A stretch of 64,000 nucleotides of DNA from a virus (taxonomy: Duplodnaviria; Caudoviricetes): the IMG/VR virus record IMGVR_UViG_3300020360_000085, positions 96,001-160,000 of that record; one strand, written 5' to 3'. Positions 9,097 to 18,765 of this stretch are shown here, piece after piece. The notes below the pieces were generated by a model. The model worked only from the letters and a program-made list of their open reading frames with translations. It made no database searches and was not told where the DNA came from. The stretch's first letter is position 1, and each line of letters begins with the position of its first letter. The translations under genes and the position numbers were made by a program.

Positions 9097-10236
9097 TTAC
9101 TGGAATGCTACGTTTGATAACGTTACCGCATCAACATAGTCTGCCGCATTACCAAGAGATGAAGCAGTATTTGTAAGTTCTTTATAACCATATCTGGTCA
9201 TGAAACTTACTACTGGTTCAAAACTTGCTGGATCCATTACTGGGCCTGTGCTCATTAATGGAATGTAAGGGCAATAGAATGCTGGAGCATCAGTTTCGCT
9301 TGATCCTTTGTAACCAACTAGTACTTTTGTACCGTCAGCCGCATAGTTATCAGCAAATACTCTGATTGTTCCGTTTAATGTACCAACAAACTTAGTGTTT
9401 ACTGGTGCTTCAAATGAACCTTCAGTTGTTCTAGCAAATGTAGAAGTTGACGCACTTTGTAAGATTGTCAATGCTTCTGGAGATACAACAATGTAGTTAC
9501 CAGCACCACGTCTTGTTCTAGCCGCGATTCTGTTTGCACTTCTGTTAATCTCAATAGCCAATGCCGCATGTCTATCACCGACATAAATGCTTGTACCACT
9601 TAAAGAACCAAAGTCTAAAGTTGTACCTGCACCTGCTAGAGTTCTTAGTGAACCGATAATTTCTTGGTCGATTTCAACTACGATCTCTTGTGCTAATGCC
9701 TGCATGATTTCTGCTTCGACGTCTACGCCGTGCATCGCTTCTGCATCTTGAGCCGCCTCAAAAGTCCATCTTGCTGATAACCTTCTGGTTTTCGCTTCAA
9801 CGGTTTCTTTTAAGATTTGAATGCTCATTTTTCTACCAGGATTTCCTTCAGCCGCCGCTGTGGCGTCTGGGGAACCTGCGTATGAACTAGCAAGTTTAAA
9901 AGGACTTAATGCCTCGTCACCTGCTGTTGCTCCACCACCAGTTTCCGCATAACGTACTCTTAATGTATGGATTTGTCCTACTGGACCACTCATTGGTTGT
10001 ACACCAACGAGTTCGTTAGCGATAACAGAAGGCATAACCCTTCTAATTAACGGTAACATTACTTTGTTTAATGTTGCTACTGAACCTGCACCTGTGGCAC
10101 CTGCTGTTGCGGCCTCTGACAAATGTCTCTTTGTATTTTCGAGGACCACATCTAATGAGGATTTTCTGTTTCCATCTAACCCTTCAAGCAAGGCTTCCTT
10201 AGTTGCGGACCAGTTGCTTTCAAATAAATCTGCCAT
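9097..10236 (-). CDS. gp23: Major capsid protein, T4 gp23-like (compact, 379 aa)
   Basis: Motifs LIRRVMPSVIANELVGVQPMSGP, VEAKTRRLSARWTFEAAQD, EIDQEII, FYCPYIPL and MTRYG. Confidence 0.95.
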   Translation of the reverse strand: MADLFESNWSATKEALLEGLDGNRKSSLDVVLENTKRHLSEAATAGATGAGSVATLNKVMLPLIRRVMPSVIANELVGVQPMSGPVGQIHTLRVRYAETGGGATAGDEALSPFKLASSYAGSPDATAAAEGNPGRKMSIQILKETVEAKTRRLSARWTFEAAQDAEAMHGVDVEAEIMQALAQEIVVEIDQEIIGSLRTLAGAGTTLDFGSLSGTSIYVGDRHAALAIEINRSANRIAARTRRGAGNYIVVSPEALTILQSASTSTFARTTEGSFEAPVNTKFVGTLNGTIRVFADNYAADGTKVLVGYKGSSETDAPAFYCPYIPLMSTGPVMDPASFEPVVSFMTRYGYKELTNTASSLGNAADYVDAVTLSNVAFQ

Positions 10237-10250
10237 TTCTAACTCCTATT

Positions 10251-11363
10251 TTATTTTGAAAGTCCGGCTAATTTACGGATTACGTCGATTTCAACTACGT
10301 CTTCCGCTTTGTCATCGGCTTCTGCTGTAACAACAGCCGCCTTATTACCAGTATGTTCACTAGTAACTGATTCTGACAATGTCTGCTTTTCTCTTGGTGC
10401 TTCGCTGTCAAGTACTGAAGGCAAATACTTATTGAATTGCTCTTCTAACTTTTCAGTTTTAACACTTTCAAGTAAATCAGACATAATTTCTTTCTTCTCT
10501 TTGCCTAGTGGCGCCATAAGTTCGTTGAGTTTCTCTTTTCTTTCGAATCGATCTTCTGCAACTCTTAACTTAGATTCAGTTAATTTAACTGCATCTTCTT
10601 TCTCTTCAATTGCTTGTTGAGATTCGTTAAGTTTGGCTTCCATTTCGACGATTTGTTTTTGTACTTTCTTGATTTCTTTTGCTTCGTTTAGGTAACTAGT
10701 ACCATATTCGTTTGCAAATGCTTCAAAAATTCTTCGACCGAAGTCATTTTCACGAGCCTTAGTAATATCGTCTTTAAATGATCTAACTTCATTTGTAATA
10801 ACTTTGTTGACAACGTTTTCAACTTTGTCAGCCGCTTTACTAATGAAATCTTTCTTCGCTTCAGCAAGTTGTTTTTTGCCTTCACGGACCATTTTGACTT
10901 TTTGCTCCACAAGACCTTTTTTGTCTTCGTGGAATTCTGATAGTTCTCCAGCAAGTTGCTCCGCAACAAAATTATCTAATTTCGTTACATGATCACTTAC
11001 GTTGGCTCTATCTGCTCTAAGTTCTTTAACTTCCTTTGCAACCATTTCAGTTACAAATTTGTCAAGCACTTTGGCATGCTCACTAATGGCTTTGTGATAT
11101 TTGACACGATCTGTTGCTAGAACGTTTTTTTCTTCTGCAATCTCTTTGATCTCTGCCTCAACTTTTTCTGAGATGAACTTGTCCATTGCTTCAACAATCT
11201 GACCTTTGTCATGACTGTATCTTTGAGCAAACTCTTCTCTAAGTTCAGCAGTAATCTCGTCTCTTGCTTCAGAAACTTTATTGTTCCATGCTTCTTGAAG
11301 AGCGTCTTTAACTTCAGAAGTTAAATCTGCATTCTCAAGTAGATCTTTAAAATTCACTGCCAT
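10251..11363 (-). CDS. gp22: Prohead core scaffold protein, gp22-like
   Basis: E/K-rich coiled coil located between the protease and capsid genes, as in T4 gene order. Confidence 0.75.
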   Translation of the reverse strand: MAVNFKDLLENADLTSEVKDALQEAWNNKVSEARDEITAELREEFAQRYSHDKGQIVEAMDKFISEKVEAEIKEIAEEKNVLATDRVKYHKAISEHAKVLDKFVTEMVAKEVKELRADRANVSDHVTKLDNFVAEQLAGELSEFHEDKKGLVEQKVKMVREGKKQLAEAKKDFISKAADKVENVVNKVITNEVRSFKDDITKARENDFGRRIFEAFANEYGTSYLNEAKEIKKVQKQIVEMEAKLNESQQAIEEKEDAVKLTESKLRVAEDRFERKEKLNELMAPLGKEKKEIMSDLLESVKTEKLEEQFNKYLPSVLDSEAPREKQTLSESVTSEHTGNKAAVVTAEADDKAEDVVEIDVIRKLAGLSK

Positions 11364-11372
11364 CGTAGTCTC

Positions 11373-11999
11373 CTACTTAATTTTTAATTCATTGATGAAG
11401 CCAGTGATAGCCTTCATCAAGTGGTTTTCTGCACTTTTATCGTGTGTTAATGCAGATGCGGTGTCAAATAATTGTGCACCGCCTCGCATATTAAATAAAC
11501 TTTCATAGATCGTTTTAGGGTAGGCATCTGGTGCACTTGGTTGTGCCACAATGTCTACTGTTACTATATCAAAATCGGATACACGTCCACTTTCGTTGAC
11601 ATTACCACTTCCCCGACTTGATACACCAAGTTTTGCTCCTGCCTTCAATAATGCTCTTGCAATATTTCCCATTGGTGTTTCTATGATTTTCAACTTTCCT
11701 AGACCATCGCTGTCTTCACAGTATAAGTCTGTAATAATATGACTTACTCGGTCTAGATTAATTTGTAGTTCTTCTGGATGGTCTAATTCGCCCATCACAG
11801 TTTCGCCTTTGGATAGTCTTTGTTTAACACTTTCACATGCTTTTTTAATTTCATCTTTGGGATATACTCTACCGTTTTGGTTTTTTACATCTCCTTGTAT
11901 GAAAAGTCCAGCCATAAACAAGTCCTTGCCATCACTGGATTCCATTATCTGGACTCCAGATTGCTCAGGACTCATGTATTCATATAGTTTATTGGCCAT
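11373..11999 (-). CDS. gp21: Prohead protease, gp21-like
   Basis: GLFIQGDVKNQNGRVYP, GELDHPE, GVSSRGSG and DIVAQPSAPDAY motifs. Confidence 0.95.
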   Translation of the reverse strand: MANKLYEYMSPEQSGVQIMESSDGKDLFMAGLFIQGDVKNQNGRVYPKDEIKKACESVKQRLSKGETVMGELDHPEELQINLDRVSHIITDLYCEDSDGLGKLKIIETPMGNIARALLKAGAKLGVSSRGSGNVNESGRVSDFDIVTVDIVAQPSAPDAYPKTIYESLFNMRGGAQLFDTASALTHDKSAENHLMKAITGFINELKIK

Positions 12000-12022
12000 T
12001 TGCTATCCTCTAAGTACCTAAA

Positions 12023-12808
12023 TTATACTTTTTTAGGTTCTACTTTAAGATTGTCTGAACCGCCGCTGTCGGAAGGCTTGTTTTCGCCCATGTTTCCTTC
12101 GCCGCCGTCATTAATCTTAATAGGTGATCCTGCATCTTCTACTTTTGATCCGCCACTTGGAAGTGGTGCATCATTGTTGTCCATGCCTGGATCTTTTGGA
12201 TCTGCTACTTTGTCTTGTAACTTAGTTGCTTCTTCAACAACTTCGTCTGACTCTTCAGCAACTTCTTCGTCAAGATCGTACTCAACACTTTCTAGGTCAA
12301 GTTCGTCTTCCATTTCTTCGGCATCCATTTCGGCTTCTTCACCGTCTTCCATACCGTCGTCATCGTTGTCTGCAAGTAGTTTTTCAAATTCTGCTTTAAG
12401 ATCGTCAAGTTCGTCTTCAAGTTCGTCAACTTTGTCCTCTAGGTCGCCGTCTTCTTCTTCCTTGTTTTCGTCCTCGTCTTCTTCGCCAATTTCGTCTGCT
12501 TCGATTTCTTCCTCATCAGCAAGAATGTCGTCTTCTAGATCATTACTTTGATCAACAACTTCATCTACTTCTGATTCTTCAACAGCCTCTTCCTCAGATT
12601 CCTCTGATTCTTCAACTGCTTCTTCTTCTGATTCTGTGGATTCTTCAACTTCTGCATCTTCTTCAGCAACGTCTTCGTCTAAAACTTTTTCATATTCTGC
12701 TCGTGCTTTCGCAACAACATACTCATGAAGTAGTTCTTCGGCTTTTTCGTTTTCTTCTGCAAGGAGAAGTTCAAGAATTTCTTCTAATTTACTTCTTGAT
12801 TCTGACAT
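12023..12808 (-). CDS. Highly acidic prohead core protein (gp67/gp68-like position)
   Basis: Very E/D-rich. AAGGAG RBS supports a start at 12808 (MSESR) rather than 12829. Confidence 0.6.
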   Translation of the reverse strand: MSESRSKLEEILELLLAEENEKAEELLHEYVVAKARAEYEKVLDEDVAEEDAEVEESTESEEEAVEESEESEEEAVEESEVDEVVDQSNDLEDDILADEEEIEADEIGEEDEDENKEEEDGDLEDKVDELEDELDDLKAEFEKLLADNDDDGMEDGEEAEMDAEEMEDELDLESVEYDLDEEVAEESDEVVEEATKLQDKVADPKDPGMDNNDAPLPSGGSKVEDAGSPIKINDGGEGNMGENKPSDSGGSDNLKVEPKKV

Positions 12809-12869
12809 TGTGGTCTCCTTAATGTTCAAATACCATTCAAGACACGAGTGTCACTAATGGTCTGTTTAA

Positions 12870-12877
12870 TACTTATA
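12870..12877 (-). promoter_or_regulatory. Late promoter variant TATAAGTA for the head operon
   Basis: TACTTATA on the + strand, upstream of a hairpin leader. A canonical TATAAATA also lies at 12961-12968 on the minus strand. Confidence 0.55.
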
Positions 12878-12995
12878 TAAAAAAGTGTTTTTATGTGCGA
12901 AAAGGTGTGAAATTGAGTGATTCTGAGTGATTTCTGTATATTATGTAAAATCCTAAATAATATTTATATAATAGGAATAAAAATTAAAAACTGTT

Positions 12996-13208
12996 TTATA
13001 TAATGCCACCAACACCTGCATCGGCACTAGGACTAGCATACATCACTTTCTGAAACTTACCATGCTCTATTTCTTCGGCTCTTTTTATTTCTCTTGCTTT
13101 ACGCAATTTACTTAAAGTTTCCAAAGTCATTTTAGGCTTCCTGCTATCTTCTTTATTTCTTCGCTGAAATTCATCAAATTCAGGATTGTAAAATTCTATA
13201 AGTCTCAT
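12996..13208 (-). CDS. Small hypothetical protein, translationally coupled to the portal gene
   Basis: 70 aa. Its start overlaps the portal stop codon by one base. Confidence 0.6.
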   Translation of the reverse strand: MRLIEFYNPEFDEFQRRNKEDSRKPKMTLETLSKLRKAREIKRAEEIEHGKFQKVMYASPSADAGVGGII

Positions 13209-14920
13209 TATAATGGCTCTCCAGCATCTAAATCAGTACCGCCTTCTGGTGGTATATCAGTATTTATCTCTGGTGTATCTGGTTCTGGAACTATGTCTTG
13301 TGGTATCTCTGTGTTTGGATCTACATTTACATCAGGTTCTGGTCTTACACCAATATTTCTGAGGTCCATATTTTTATCACCATCTGCAAATTTTTCGTAT
13401 CCGTTTTCTTTACGCCATAATGCTTCGTTGTCTTTCATTTCATCTTCAGTAAGTCCAAGATATTTTTTCATTTTAAACTGATTACTTAGGAACTGTGTAG
13501 GAGCAAGTGTATTAAATAGGTTTGCTCTTTCCTGATCTAATTGTAGTTCTCTGTAACTACTGAAGTTCATTGGCTTGTTAAATGTAATATAAAAGTCGCC
13601 GTTATCTATTTCGATGCCTCTGTGTTTGAGGAACATTTTAAACTCATCGTCCATGTCCTCTTGTATTTGCTTTTGTAGTCTTTCCACATACTTTGCAAAT
13701 CTGTATTCCTGAATAAAAGCAATACCCACTTTACCGTCGTTGTAAACACTACTTCCATCTTCTGGTCCTGTTGGCAAATAACTGCTAGGTACTCTTAAAC
13801 CTCTTAAAAGTTTATTGTTAAAGTATCTTAAGTCATCTATTTGTCCCAAGTTTTCTCCACCTGGTAATGTATCAACTTTTGAGCCTCTGCCTTCTGCTGT
13901 TGTGGCAAAGAAGTAATCTTCCAACATACTCATTGGATTATAGGCACTATCGGCAACACTTGTGCCATCTGACTTTTTGTTTGGTACACGTTTTTGTTGT
14001 ACTTCGTATTTTACTTGCTCTAAATACTGCCTTGCTTTGTGTGGAGGCATATTACCTACATCAATAAAGAACACACGTCTTTCTGGTGCTCTGTGTACCC
14101 TGTATATAATAATTGAATCTTCTAATAGTTCTTTTTGTTTGAAAACTTTAAAAACAGGTTCTAAAATACTAACACCAAAAGGCCAACTGTGATCCATGCC
14201 TTCTGTTAAACTAACATGAACAATATGTTTTGCATCTACAGGCACACCCTGGTCAACTCCATCCATTGCACCTGTCATATAATTGTTAGATTTACTGTTT
14301 ACTGTACTATACCCACTTGCAAGTCCACCACCTGCACCATAAGGTCTGCTATGTAATGGTGCTACATCTGTGGCAACCAGATCTTCAAAGTTTGGCTGTA
14401 AATTTTTAATAAAGTATGTCTGTATCTTTTTGCCCTGACTTTCATTTACAATAACTTTTTCTATATTTGCAGGATCTATCCAATACAGTTTATAACTTTG
14501 TGGGTCTCTAATAAAAAATTGGTCTCCGTATTTAATTGTGCTACGGAATATTCTGTATGCTCTTTTGTGCATTTCATTTAGTCTGCACCACTGAGTAAGA
14601 GATTTGTTAAGGATCTGATTTTCTGTATCAGAAGGATCTGTATTATAATTTATTGCAAATGGCAAACCAGTATAATCATCTTCCTGTGTGCCAAATTCAG
14701 ACATAGTGTCCAATGCAGAGTTAATTTCCAGGTCAGTATCCATTTGATCATACTGAATATATCGCATAAGTCTGTTAGGACTTCCTGCATATACCTCAGG
14801 TAACCAACTTGCATATCTACTAGTAGCCGCACCAGGACCGCCTTCGCTGTTGCGTTGACCTGTTACGTTTAATGGTAGACCGCTGTTGTCTACTGATGAA
14901 AAGTATTTTCTCCAACTCAT
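13208..14920 (-). CDS. gp20: Portal vertex protein, gp20-like
   Basis: LLEDSIIIYRVHRAPERRVFFIDVGNMP, MSMLEDYFF, GSKVDTLPGGENLGQIDDLRYF and NKLLRGLRVP motifs. Confidence 0.95.
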   Translation of the reverse strand: MSWRKYFSSVDNSGLPLNVTGQRNSEGGPGAATSRYASWLPEVYAGSPNRLMRYIQYDQMDTDLEINSALDTMSEFGTQEDDYTGLPFAINYNTDPSDTENQILNKSLTQWCRLNEMHKRAYRIFRSTIKYGDQFFIRDPQSYKLYWIDPANIEKVIVNESQGKKIQTYFIKNLQPNFEDLVATDVAPLHSRPYGAGGGLASGYSTVNSKSNNYMTGAMDGVDQGVPVDAKHIVHVSLTEGMDHSWPFGVSILEPVFKVFKQKELLEDSIIIYRVHRAPERRVFFIDVGNMPPHKARQYLEQVKYEVQQKRVPNKKSDGTSVADSAYNPMSMLEDYFFATTAEGRGSKVDTLPGGENLGQIDDLRYFNNKLLRGLRVPSSYLPTGPEDGSSVYNDGKVGIAFIQEYRFAKYVERLQKQIQEDMDDEFKMFLKHRGIEIDNGDFYITFNKPMNFSSYRELQLDQERANLFNTLAPTQFLSNQFKMKKYLGLTEDEMKDNEALWRKENGYEKFADGDKNMDLRNIGVRPEPDVNVDPNTEIPQDIVPEPDTPEINTDIPPEGGTDLDAGEPL

Positions 14921-14987
14921 ATAGAATCCTTTAACATATTATTTTATACTATTTATCGGATACTGTCAAGTATTTTTGGATTACTGA

Positions 14988-17570
14988 TTAGATCTGTTTA
15001 ATTGAACTATCTAGAGTATCTAGTTTTTTATTTGATGTTTTTAGTTCTGCAAGTGCTAATGTTAATATTTTGGCTTCACTAGATAATTCGTCTATTTCTC
15101 TTGCTTCACCAACAGTCATACCGCCCATGGATTCTGCACCTGCGGCGGCACCTAAGAAACTGAGACTTAAACCGCCTCTATTACGTTGTTGTTGTACCTG
15201 TGCATATTGCAGTTGTTGTTGCTGTTTTTCTGCAACTTCTAATTGTTTTTCCTGTGTTTTCTTTTTATTAATACTGGCTATTCCATCATCGTCAAAAAAG
15301 ATATCTTTTAAAAGACCAAGACCTCCACCTATTGCGGCACCTACGGCTGTGCCTATCACAGGTATTACACTACCTATAGCCGCACCATAAAGAGCACCTT
15401 GACCTACATCACCTAACGTATCCACTACACGTCCACCTGTTGTAGTCTCTCCAAGTGCATTACTTCCAGCATTGGAGACCGCTCCAACAGCCATTCCTCC
15501 TAAGGCAAATGCGCCTCCTTTCATCAATCGACCGCCCATTCCTTTGCCAAAAATTCCTCCGCCGGCGGCCATGCCTCTTGCGGCCATTTTTGTCATTAAG
15601 AGATTCCAGGATGTCAACATACCTGGGCCTACACTCATCCATAATGCCAACATGGCTGTTGAAATAGCGGCATAAATTGCCGAGGCACCTAATAAGACCC
15701 CAAATGCAACTACAAGACCGCCAATTACTTGAGGATTAGAAAATAATGCACCAAAGAATGCCGGAATTGCTACAACAAGAGCCTCCATGAGTATTGCAAA
15801 TGCGGCACTTAAAGCCGTTACTAAATAATTTGTTAGTCCACCTACTAGATCAAATTGTCCTTTACTATCGAAAAACCCTTCCATGACATCTTCCACAAAA
15901 TTAATAAGTTTATCTCCAAACTTATTGAGTCCGTTTACAATGTTATTAAGAGTGGCATCAAAATTATTTACAAAATTACCGCCAAATATTCTCTGTACAA
16001 ATCTATTAAAAATACTACCTAATGTTTCACCAACTCTACTGGCAATTTGTGAAAGCCTGGAATTTGCATCACTGGCTGAGCCTAATGCATCTGCAAATTG
16101 TTTTAAGCCACTTTCAGCACCTAGTACTAAAGAATTTTTAAACGTACTTAAAGCACCTTGTCCTAATTTAAGAACATTTTCAAAGTTTGTCATTGCACGT
16201 TGTATGTCACTAAATCTACCTGCAACTTCTCCCATTCTGAAGTTTTCTCTGGCATTAGCGGCATCTACTGAGAAACCAATTAATTGCTGTACAACCTGTT
16301 GAAGATCATTTGGTAGGGCGGCAACCAACTGTTTTAAATTACCAGTGTCTGTGGTTTCTACTGCATTAAGAACTCCTAACACCCTGCTTTGTACCTGATC
16401 CATTGTAATGGAACCATTTCTGATAGCCATTCCCAATCCAGTTAATTCATCTCTGAGTTCAGGAGCAAAAGGACCTAATGCATTAATAAAATCACTGGCC
16501 GCTTCTGAACCAATTGTAGCAACTTCTAAAATACCGCCTAGAACTTCATCTGGTATGTTTGCGGCTTTAAGACCCTGGAATAAACTGTCTGTGGCATTTA
16601 CAACATCCTCTCCCAGAGGTCCTAGTGTAACCAGTAACTGCTGAAATGCTTTGTCATTGTCTATAATAGATCTGGATTCGTTTCGTAAATCATCAGCACT
16701 TCTTCCCAAAAGTGTTGAAAACATTCTGAGATTTTTTATACTCTGTTCAGATGCTCTGGCAGTTTCAAACTGATTAATTCTGTCTCTTAATAATATGCTT
16801 GTCCTAAATGCCAAGTCCTCTTGGAAAAACTGTGTTGCATCATCTAGTGCTACACCTAACTCAGTACCAAATTCTGTAAGTTTTAAAAACTGTTGATTTA
16901 ATCTGGGTATTGCACTTTGTCCAAGAACTGCGGCTGTTTGTGAAAAGTTTGCCAATAATGAAACTGCTTGATCAGTTGTTAAACCCAATTGGTTTAATTT
17001 TGTAATATTTTCAACAGTGGATATTGTACCTTGTCTTTGTACATCTCCAAAAGCACCACCAACATCAGTAAGTGTTTTTAGACCGTTACCTAAATTTTGT
17101 ATAGAAGAAAAGAATACTCCAACACCAGTAACACCTACAGCAAATAAGCCAGTAACTAATTTTTGTAACAGACTTCCAAAAAATGAAAAACTGTCTCCCA
17201 TACTTCTTTGAAAATTGGAGGCAAGTTTTTTAGCATCCTGTTGAGCCTTAATTTGTGCTTTTCTTTGCCTGTTTGCCTCAGCCTGAGCCTTATTAAAGGC
17301 ATTAACTGTTGTTTCTGTATTTTTATTATCGTTTTCTGTTTGTTCTTCAATTACCTGAACAACTTTTTTAGGATCATTATCATCTATAGCCTTTTTAATT
17401 TCTTCATCGTTTTTGCCAGACTGTTTCATGAGGTCTCTCATAACACCCTTTATAGTGTTGCCAAGACCATCCATGTTTTTTGCAAGTTGGGTTAAAGTTC
17501 TTTCTGTTGCTACATCATTTTCAATTAATAGCCTTTCACCGTCCCCATATTCTACTTCTATCTGCGCCAT
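14988..17570 (-). CDS. Tape measure protein
   Basis: 860 aa, predominantly helical and A/G/L-rich, with hydrophobic segments and a glycine zipper near the C-terminus. Lies head-to-head with chaperone-like genes. Confidence 0.75.
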   Translation of the reverse strand: MAQIEVEYGDGERLLIENDVATERTLTQLAKNMDGLGNTIKGVMRDLMKQSGKNDEEIKKAIDDNDPKKVVQVIEEQTENDNKNTETTVNAFNKAQAEANRQRKAQIKAQQDAKKLASNFQRSMGDSFSFFGSLLQKLVTGLFAVGVTGVGVFFSSIQNLGNGLKTLTDVGGAFGDVQRQGTISTVENITKLNQLGLTTDQAVSLLANFSQTAAVLGQSAIPRLNQQFLKLTEFGTELGVALDDATQFFQEDLAFRTSILLRDRINQFETARASEQSIKNLRMFSTLLGRSADDLRNESRSIIDNDKAFQQLLVTLGPLGEDVVNATDSLFQGLKAANIPDEVLGGILEVATIGSEAASDFINALGPFAPELRDELTGLGMAIRNGSITMDQVQSRVLGVLNAVETTDTGNLKQLVAALPNDLQQVVQQLIGFSVDAANARENFRMGEVAGRFSDIQRAMTNFENVLKLGQGALSTFKNSLVLGAESGLKQFADALGSASDANSRLSQIASRVGETLGSIFNRFVQRIFGGNFVNNFDATLNNIVNGLNKFGDKLINFVEDVMEGFFDSKGQFDLVGGLTNYLVTALSAAFAILMEALVVAIPAFFGALFSNPQVIGGLVVAFGVLLGASAIYAAISTAMLALWMSVGPGMLTSWNLLMTKMAARGMAAGGGIFGKGMGGRLMKGGAFALGGMAVGAVSNAGSNALGETTTGGRVVDTLGDVGQGALYGAAIGSVIPVIGTAVGAAIGGGLGLLKDIFFDDDGIASINKKKTQEKQLEVAEKQQQQLQYAQVQQQRNRGGLSLSFLGAAAGAESMGGMTVGEAREIDELSSEAKILTLALAELKTSNKKLDTLDSSIKQI

Positions 17571-17603
17571 TCCGTAAATTCCATAAACAACGTATTTTAC
17601 TGT

Positions 17604-17644
17604 GATAAATAGTTGTTGATAATTGTTTTATAAAACTATTTATC
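17604..17644. promoter_or_regulatory. Face-to-face late promoter pair with a central palindrome
   Basis: GATAAATA on + at 17604-17611 and on - at 17637-17644, with GTTTTATAAAAC (17625-17636) between them. Confidence 0.6.
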
Positions 17645-17668
17645 AGATTTATTAACAGGAGTTTTAAT

Positions 17669-18544
17669 ATGTCAAATAACAATAATCCTTTAGCAGGTCA
17701 TTTTAGGACCCCTAAACTTTATACTGGATTACCTAGTGCTGGTAAATTTTACAGTGAAGATATTCTTGAAATGCCATCAAGTGGAGAACTTCCAGTTTTT
17801 CCTATGACTGCTAAAGATGAAATAATGCTAAAAAATCCAGATGCGTTATTAAATGGAGAAGCAGTTGCTACTGTGCTTATGAGTTGTATTCCAGCAATCA
17901 AAAAGCCACGTAAATTAGTTTCTAATGATATAGATGCATTACTGGTTGCTGTACAGGCCGCAACTTATGGAGACGAGTTAGAAGTTGGTGCACCATGTCC
18001 TGCATGTGGAGAAAATACAACAGCAGTTTTAAGTGCTGAAGTTGTTCTTTCTAGTATGGATACCTTAGATAAAAATTATGAATTTACAACAGACACAGGT
18101 TTGCTTATTAGTATGAAACCATTTAGTTACGAAACCTCTGTTAAGGCTGGTGTGGCAAATTTTAGAAGTAGTAGAAGTTTGCAATCAATAGATGCCATAG
18201 AAGATGAGATGGATAAAATTAAAGCATTTAATAAAAACTTTATTGAACTTGCAAGTCTTAATTTTGATATACTAGTAGATAGTATTAGTAGCATAACAAT
18301 ACCAGCAACAGACGACAACGAGCCACTAGTAGTTAGTAATGAAGAGCATATAAGAGAATTTTTAGAAAATGCTGATGCTCGTATAGGCACAGAACTAGAG
18401 TCATTTATTGAAGAAATTGGTAATATAGGAATACAAAAGAAAATGGAACTAACAGTTGGAGAATCATGTATTGAAAAAGGTTGTCCCGAAACTTTTGAAT
18501 CTGTTGTAAACTTTAATACCGTAAATTTTTTCACGGCTTCCTAG
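17669..18544 (+). CDS. gp26: gp26-like baseplate hub / tail assembly chaperone
   Basis: NPLAGHFRTPKLYTGLPSAGKFY, VFPMTAKDEIMLKNPDALLNG and a CPACG motif. AGGAG RBS. Confidence 0.7.
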   Translation: MSNNNNPLAGHFRTPKLYTGLPSAGKFYSEDILEMPSSGELPVFPMTAKDEIMLKNPDALLNGEAVATVLMSCIPAIKKPRKLVSNDIDALLVAVQAATYGDELEVGAPCPACGENTTAVLSAEVVLSSMDTLDKNYEFTTDTGLLISMKPFSYETSVKAGVANFRSSRSLQSIDAIEDEMDKIKAFNKNFIELASLNFDILVDSISSITIPATDDNEPLVVSNEEHIREFLENADARIGTELESFIEEIGNIGIQKKMELTVGESCIEKGCPETFESVVNFNTVNFFTAS

Positions 18545-18567
18545 CACGATCTGAGCCAGAGGAGGTA

Positions 18568-18765
18568 GTGGCATACCTTAGGAGGCTGAACGACGAATCA
18601 AATGCCATTAATAAAGAAATTACCCAAATGGTAATTTTTTGTAATGGTTCTTTGAGTTTTAATGAAGCCTGGGAAATGCCAATGCCACAAAGACAATTAG
18701 TTATTAAAACACTAGAGGACTTTTATAAAGCAAAAGCAGGCAAACCCACAAATGAAGAACTGTAA
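18568..18765 (+). CDS. gp51-like small chaperone, probably expressed as a -1 frameshift extension of the upstream gene
   Basis: LSFNEAWEMPMPQRQLVI motif. The reading frame is open from 18517, across a slippery site in the upstream gene. Confidence 0.6.
   Translation: MAYLRRLNDESNAINKEITQMVIFCNGSLSFNEAWEMPMPQRQLVIKTLEDFYKAKAGKPTNEEL

Noticed and set aside
14935-14970. Additional sigma70 promoter (TTGACA-N17-TAAAAT) overlapping the portal late box
   Set aside because: Plausible, but the -10 is imperfect in very AT-rich DNA and a late GATAAATA box at 14950-14957 already explains the site.
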